DNA of 64,000 bases from an uncultured Thermoleophilia bacterium. GTDB lineage: Bacteria > Actinomycetota > Thermoleophilia > UBA2241. The stretch lies in the NCBI GenBank assembly GCA_963695395.1, contig CAVOGK010000026.1, forward strand, positions 60,511 to 124,510. The letters run 5' to 3'. Every line of letters begins with the position of its first letter. Position 1 is the stretch's first letter. A model generated the notes under the pieces. That model had not been told where the DNA came from. It made no database searches and was given only the letters and a program-made list of their open reading frames with translations. Below, one piece after another: positions 63,312 through 64,000 of this stretch. The position numbers were made by a program, and so were the translations under genes.

Positions 63312-63342
63312 GGCCGCCGGGGGTTGTCTGGGCGTCGATACC

Positions 63343-64000
63343 TCAGCGCACTCCGAGCTCGGCCTCGGCGCCGCGGATGATCTCCCCCAGCTCCGCGGCG
63401 ACGCCATCCGGCAGCGGGGTCGGGACGTGCGTCTCGAGGATCGTGCGCGCCCTGGCGAGGGCACGCTCCTGCATGGTGCTCGAGCCCGACTGCTTCCAGT
63501 CCTCGCGCACGCGCCGGTCGATGAGCGCCGGCTGCGAGGTCTCCCGCATGTGCGCCATCGTGTGGTCGTGGCTCAGGAAGTCGCCGAAGGGCCCGATCTC
63601 GCCGATGACGTCGATGGCGAGCGCTTCGTCGTCCACGCGGATGCCGCGGACGCACTGCTTGATCATCCCAGCGTACTCGTCGTCCATCACGAGCTGCCCG
63701 AAATCGAAGGTCATGCCCGACTCGATCATCCCCAGACCGTAGATGAGGTTGGCGCCTGCCAACGCCGGCATAAGGCCGGTCAGGGTCTTCTCGTGGCCAC
63801 TTTGGGCATCGACCACTTTGGAGTCGCCCTACGCACCCGCCACCCAGCTGGGCAGCAGGTAGAAGCGGGCGATCTGCGCGACGGCCGCGCCGATGAGCGC
63901 GCACTCGGGCGAGCCGACGCTCGCCGAAGCGAGGCGGAGGTCCATGGCCGTCGTCGAGCTGCCGTAGACGACCGCGGCCCCCGGCCGCACGAGCTGGTTC
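63343..64000 (-). CDS. mttB: MttB-family methyltransferase, C-terminal ~220 codons (gene continues beyond the window), with an in-frame TAG at 63829-63831
   Basis: ...[15 protein letters not shown]...[52 protein letters not shown]... is continuous MttB homology on both sides of a single in-frame amber codon, with no frameshift needed. Confidence 0.6.

Noticed and set aside
63829-63831. Reading the MttB3 TAG simply as the gene's stop codon, or as a sequencing error
   Set aside because: Not fully rejected. Homology continues in the same frame on both sides and the position matches the known Pyl site, so it is kept as a candidate Pyl codon. A substitution error cannot be excluded given the assembly quality.

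Overview
This is a ~70% GC prokaryotic window, gene-dense and dominated by metabolic genes. No rRNA, tRNA, CRISPR array or transposase/integrase was recognised. From the left: the 3' end of an azlD-like gene; a frameshifted Kelch-repeat secreted protein; an ilvD-ilvB-ilvN operon (minus strand); a divergent DUF302-trxA pair behind a CsoR-type palindrome; convergent glnB(PII)-gdhA; then, behind a consensus TTGACT-17-TATAGT promoter, a Clostridium-aminobutyricum-type 4-hydroxybutyrate cluster (abfD, a small Cys-rich ORF, abfT/cat2, Fe-ADH 4hbD). A ~12 kb co-directional minus-strand string follows: a LarA-like protein, archaeal-type pgk, type II (archaeal) gap, a class III aminotransferase, an MttB-family methyltransferase and a complete Opp-type ABC importer (oppA-B-C-fused oppDF). 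Further right are an Lrp/AsnC regulator, SulP permease, ATP sulfurylase, a sulfotransferase and a 2-hydroxyacid dehydrogenase. A second, degenerate locus carries a CmuA-like URO-D+B12 fusion gene, an in-frame oppB/URO-D chimeric remnant, oppA2, lrp2 and mttB2. Downstream lie a QueG-like Fe-S/GNAT fusion, an ADP-forming acyl-CoA synthetase, iorAB, fadD, a thiolase, SDRs, a BKACE enzyme, hydrolases, an lrp3-panB operon, FAH, a third URO-D-like methyltransferase, an IlvD/EDD dehydratase with a second LarA-like gene and an SDR. The window ends inside a third MttB-family gene that contains an in-frame TAG at the position expected for pyrrolysine. Two caveats: at least 11 otherwise conserved genes carry single-base frameshifts, which looks like assembly indel error rather than decay; and lineage is ambiguous, because promoter and SD signals look bacterial while gap and pgk are archaeal-type.
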